Below, in pieces: positions 14,778 to 15,149 of a DNA stretch of 15,149 nucleotides. The position numbers were made by a program, and so were the translations under genes. How positions within the stretch are numbered: the first letter of the stretch is position 1; every line of letters starts with the position of its first letter. The notes below the pieces were generated by a model. The model worked only from the letters and a program-made list of their open reading frames with translations. It was not told where the DNA came from and did not search any database. This DNA is from an uncultured Clostridiaceae bacterium (lineage in GTDB: Bacteria > Bacillota > Clostridia > TANB77 > CAG-465), in contig CAYXLQ010000020.1 of assembly GCA_964465775.1 (NCBI GenBank), positions 1 through 15,149 of the forward strand, given 5' to 3'.

Positions 14778-15149
14778 TTACATCAGACAATCATATAAAA
14801 CATCACCAAGATTAGTTATCCCGTCCTTTGTTATTTCATACTCAACTTCTTTTAAAGCTTCTTCAAGGTTTTCTCTGAACTTTTTAGTTATTCTGTCATC
14901 AGTGAGCTCTTTGACATCGTAGTAAATATTTTTAGATATATACTTTCCTTCTTCTGTCTTAAGTGTAAGTATAAGTTTTGCTGGCTCTCCACCAACTACA
15001 AACGAGCCATTGCCTCCTGCGTACGCTCTTTTAGGCCGTCTATTGCCTTTAACACCTTGAACAATACGAGCTCCTTCTCCAGGAATCCAGTCAAGTTCAG
15101 AAAAATGTGCCTTTACTTTATCTTTCTTAGTTTCATTAGATTTTTTCAT
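14778..15149 (-). CDS. Hypothetical 123-aa protein (family not recognised)
   Basis: Complete ORF whose ATG is the last codon of the window, so the upstream RBS and promoter are not visible. It has a lysine-rich N-terminus and a Gly/Arg-rich segment (GVKGNRRPKRAYAGGNGSFVVGG). No TM segment. It has its own terminator. Confidence 0.4.
   Translation of the reverse strand: MKKSNETKKDKVKAHFSELDWIPGEGARIVQGVKGNRRPKRAYAGGNGSFVVGGEPAKLILTLKTEEGKYISKNIYYDVKELTDDRITKKFRENLEEALKEVEYEITKDGITNLGDVLYDCLM

Noticed and set aside
1-15149. Scan for CRISPR arrays, tRNA or rRNA genes, transposase or integrase genes and riboswitch-like leaders
   Set aside because: No regularly spaced repeats, no cloverleaf-capable GC-rich segments, no recombinase-like ORFs and no long structured 5' leaders were seen. 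All intergenic regions are short or AT-rich, apart from the spacer at 14458..14777, which is reported separately.

Overview
This window is a very AT-rich chromosomal segment of an endospore-forming, Clostridia-type Firmicute. All family calls come from motif recognition by eye; no database search was possible.

Gene content, in order:
- 70-3755: an accessory-looking block. It holds a strongly promoted VirB2/TrbC-like small membrane protein, a divergent M23 peptidase broken by a 1-nt frameshift, two tandem paralogous double-OB-fold SSB-like genes (each with its own promoter and terminator), and a TraX-family membrane protein.
- 3770-6718: pgi, spoIIP and a DivIVA-domain gene, all on the minus strand.
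- 6913-9301: a spoVAC-spoVAD-spoVAE operon, with spoVAE split by a 1-nt frameshift, followed by a small two-gene coat-F-like pair.
- 9340-14373: an acyl-CoA/AMP-dependent ligase, then a yqeG / A24 prepilin peptidase / unknown membrane protein operon, then tyrS without a T-box leader.
- 14458-15149: an ORF-free spacer of about 300 bp bounded by related inverted hairpin sequences, then an unrecognised 123-aa protein ending at the window edge.

No rRNA, tRNA, CRISPR array, transposase or integrase was seen.

Most interesting points:
- The conjugation-flavoured gene set (VirB2-like, M23, SSB x2, TraX) sits next to core genes.
- The SSB-like unit is tandemly duplicated.
- Two identical-type frameshifts (an extra C directly 5' of GG, creating an in-frame CGG) hit otherwise intact genes.
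- A forespore-type promoter lies ahead of the coat-F-like pair.
- The IR-bounded spacer lies downstream of tyrS.

I cannot demonstrate a complete novel system from the sequence alone.
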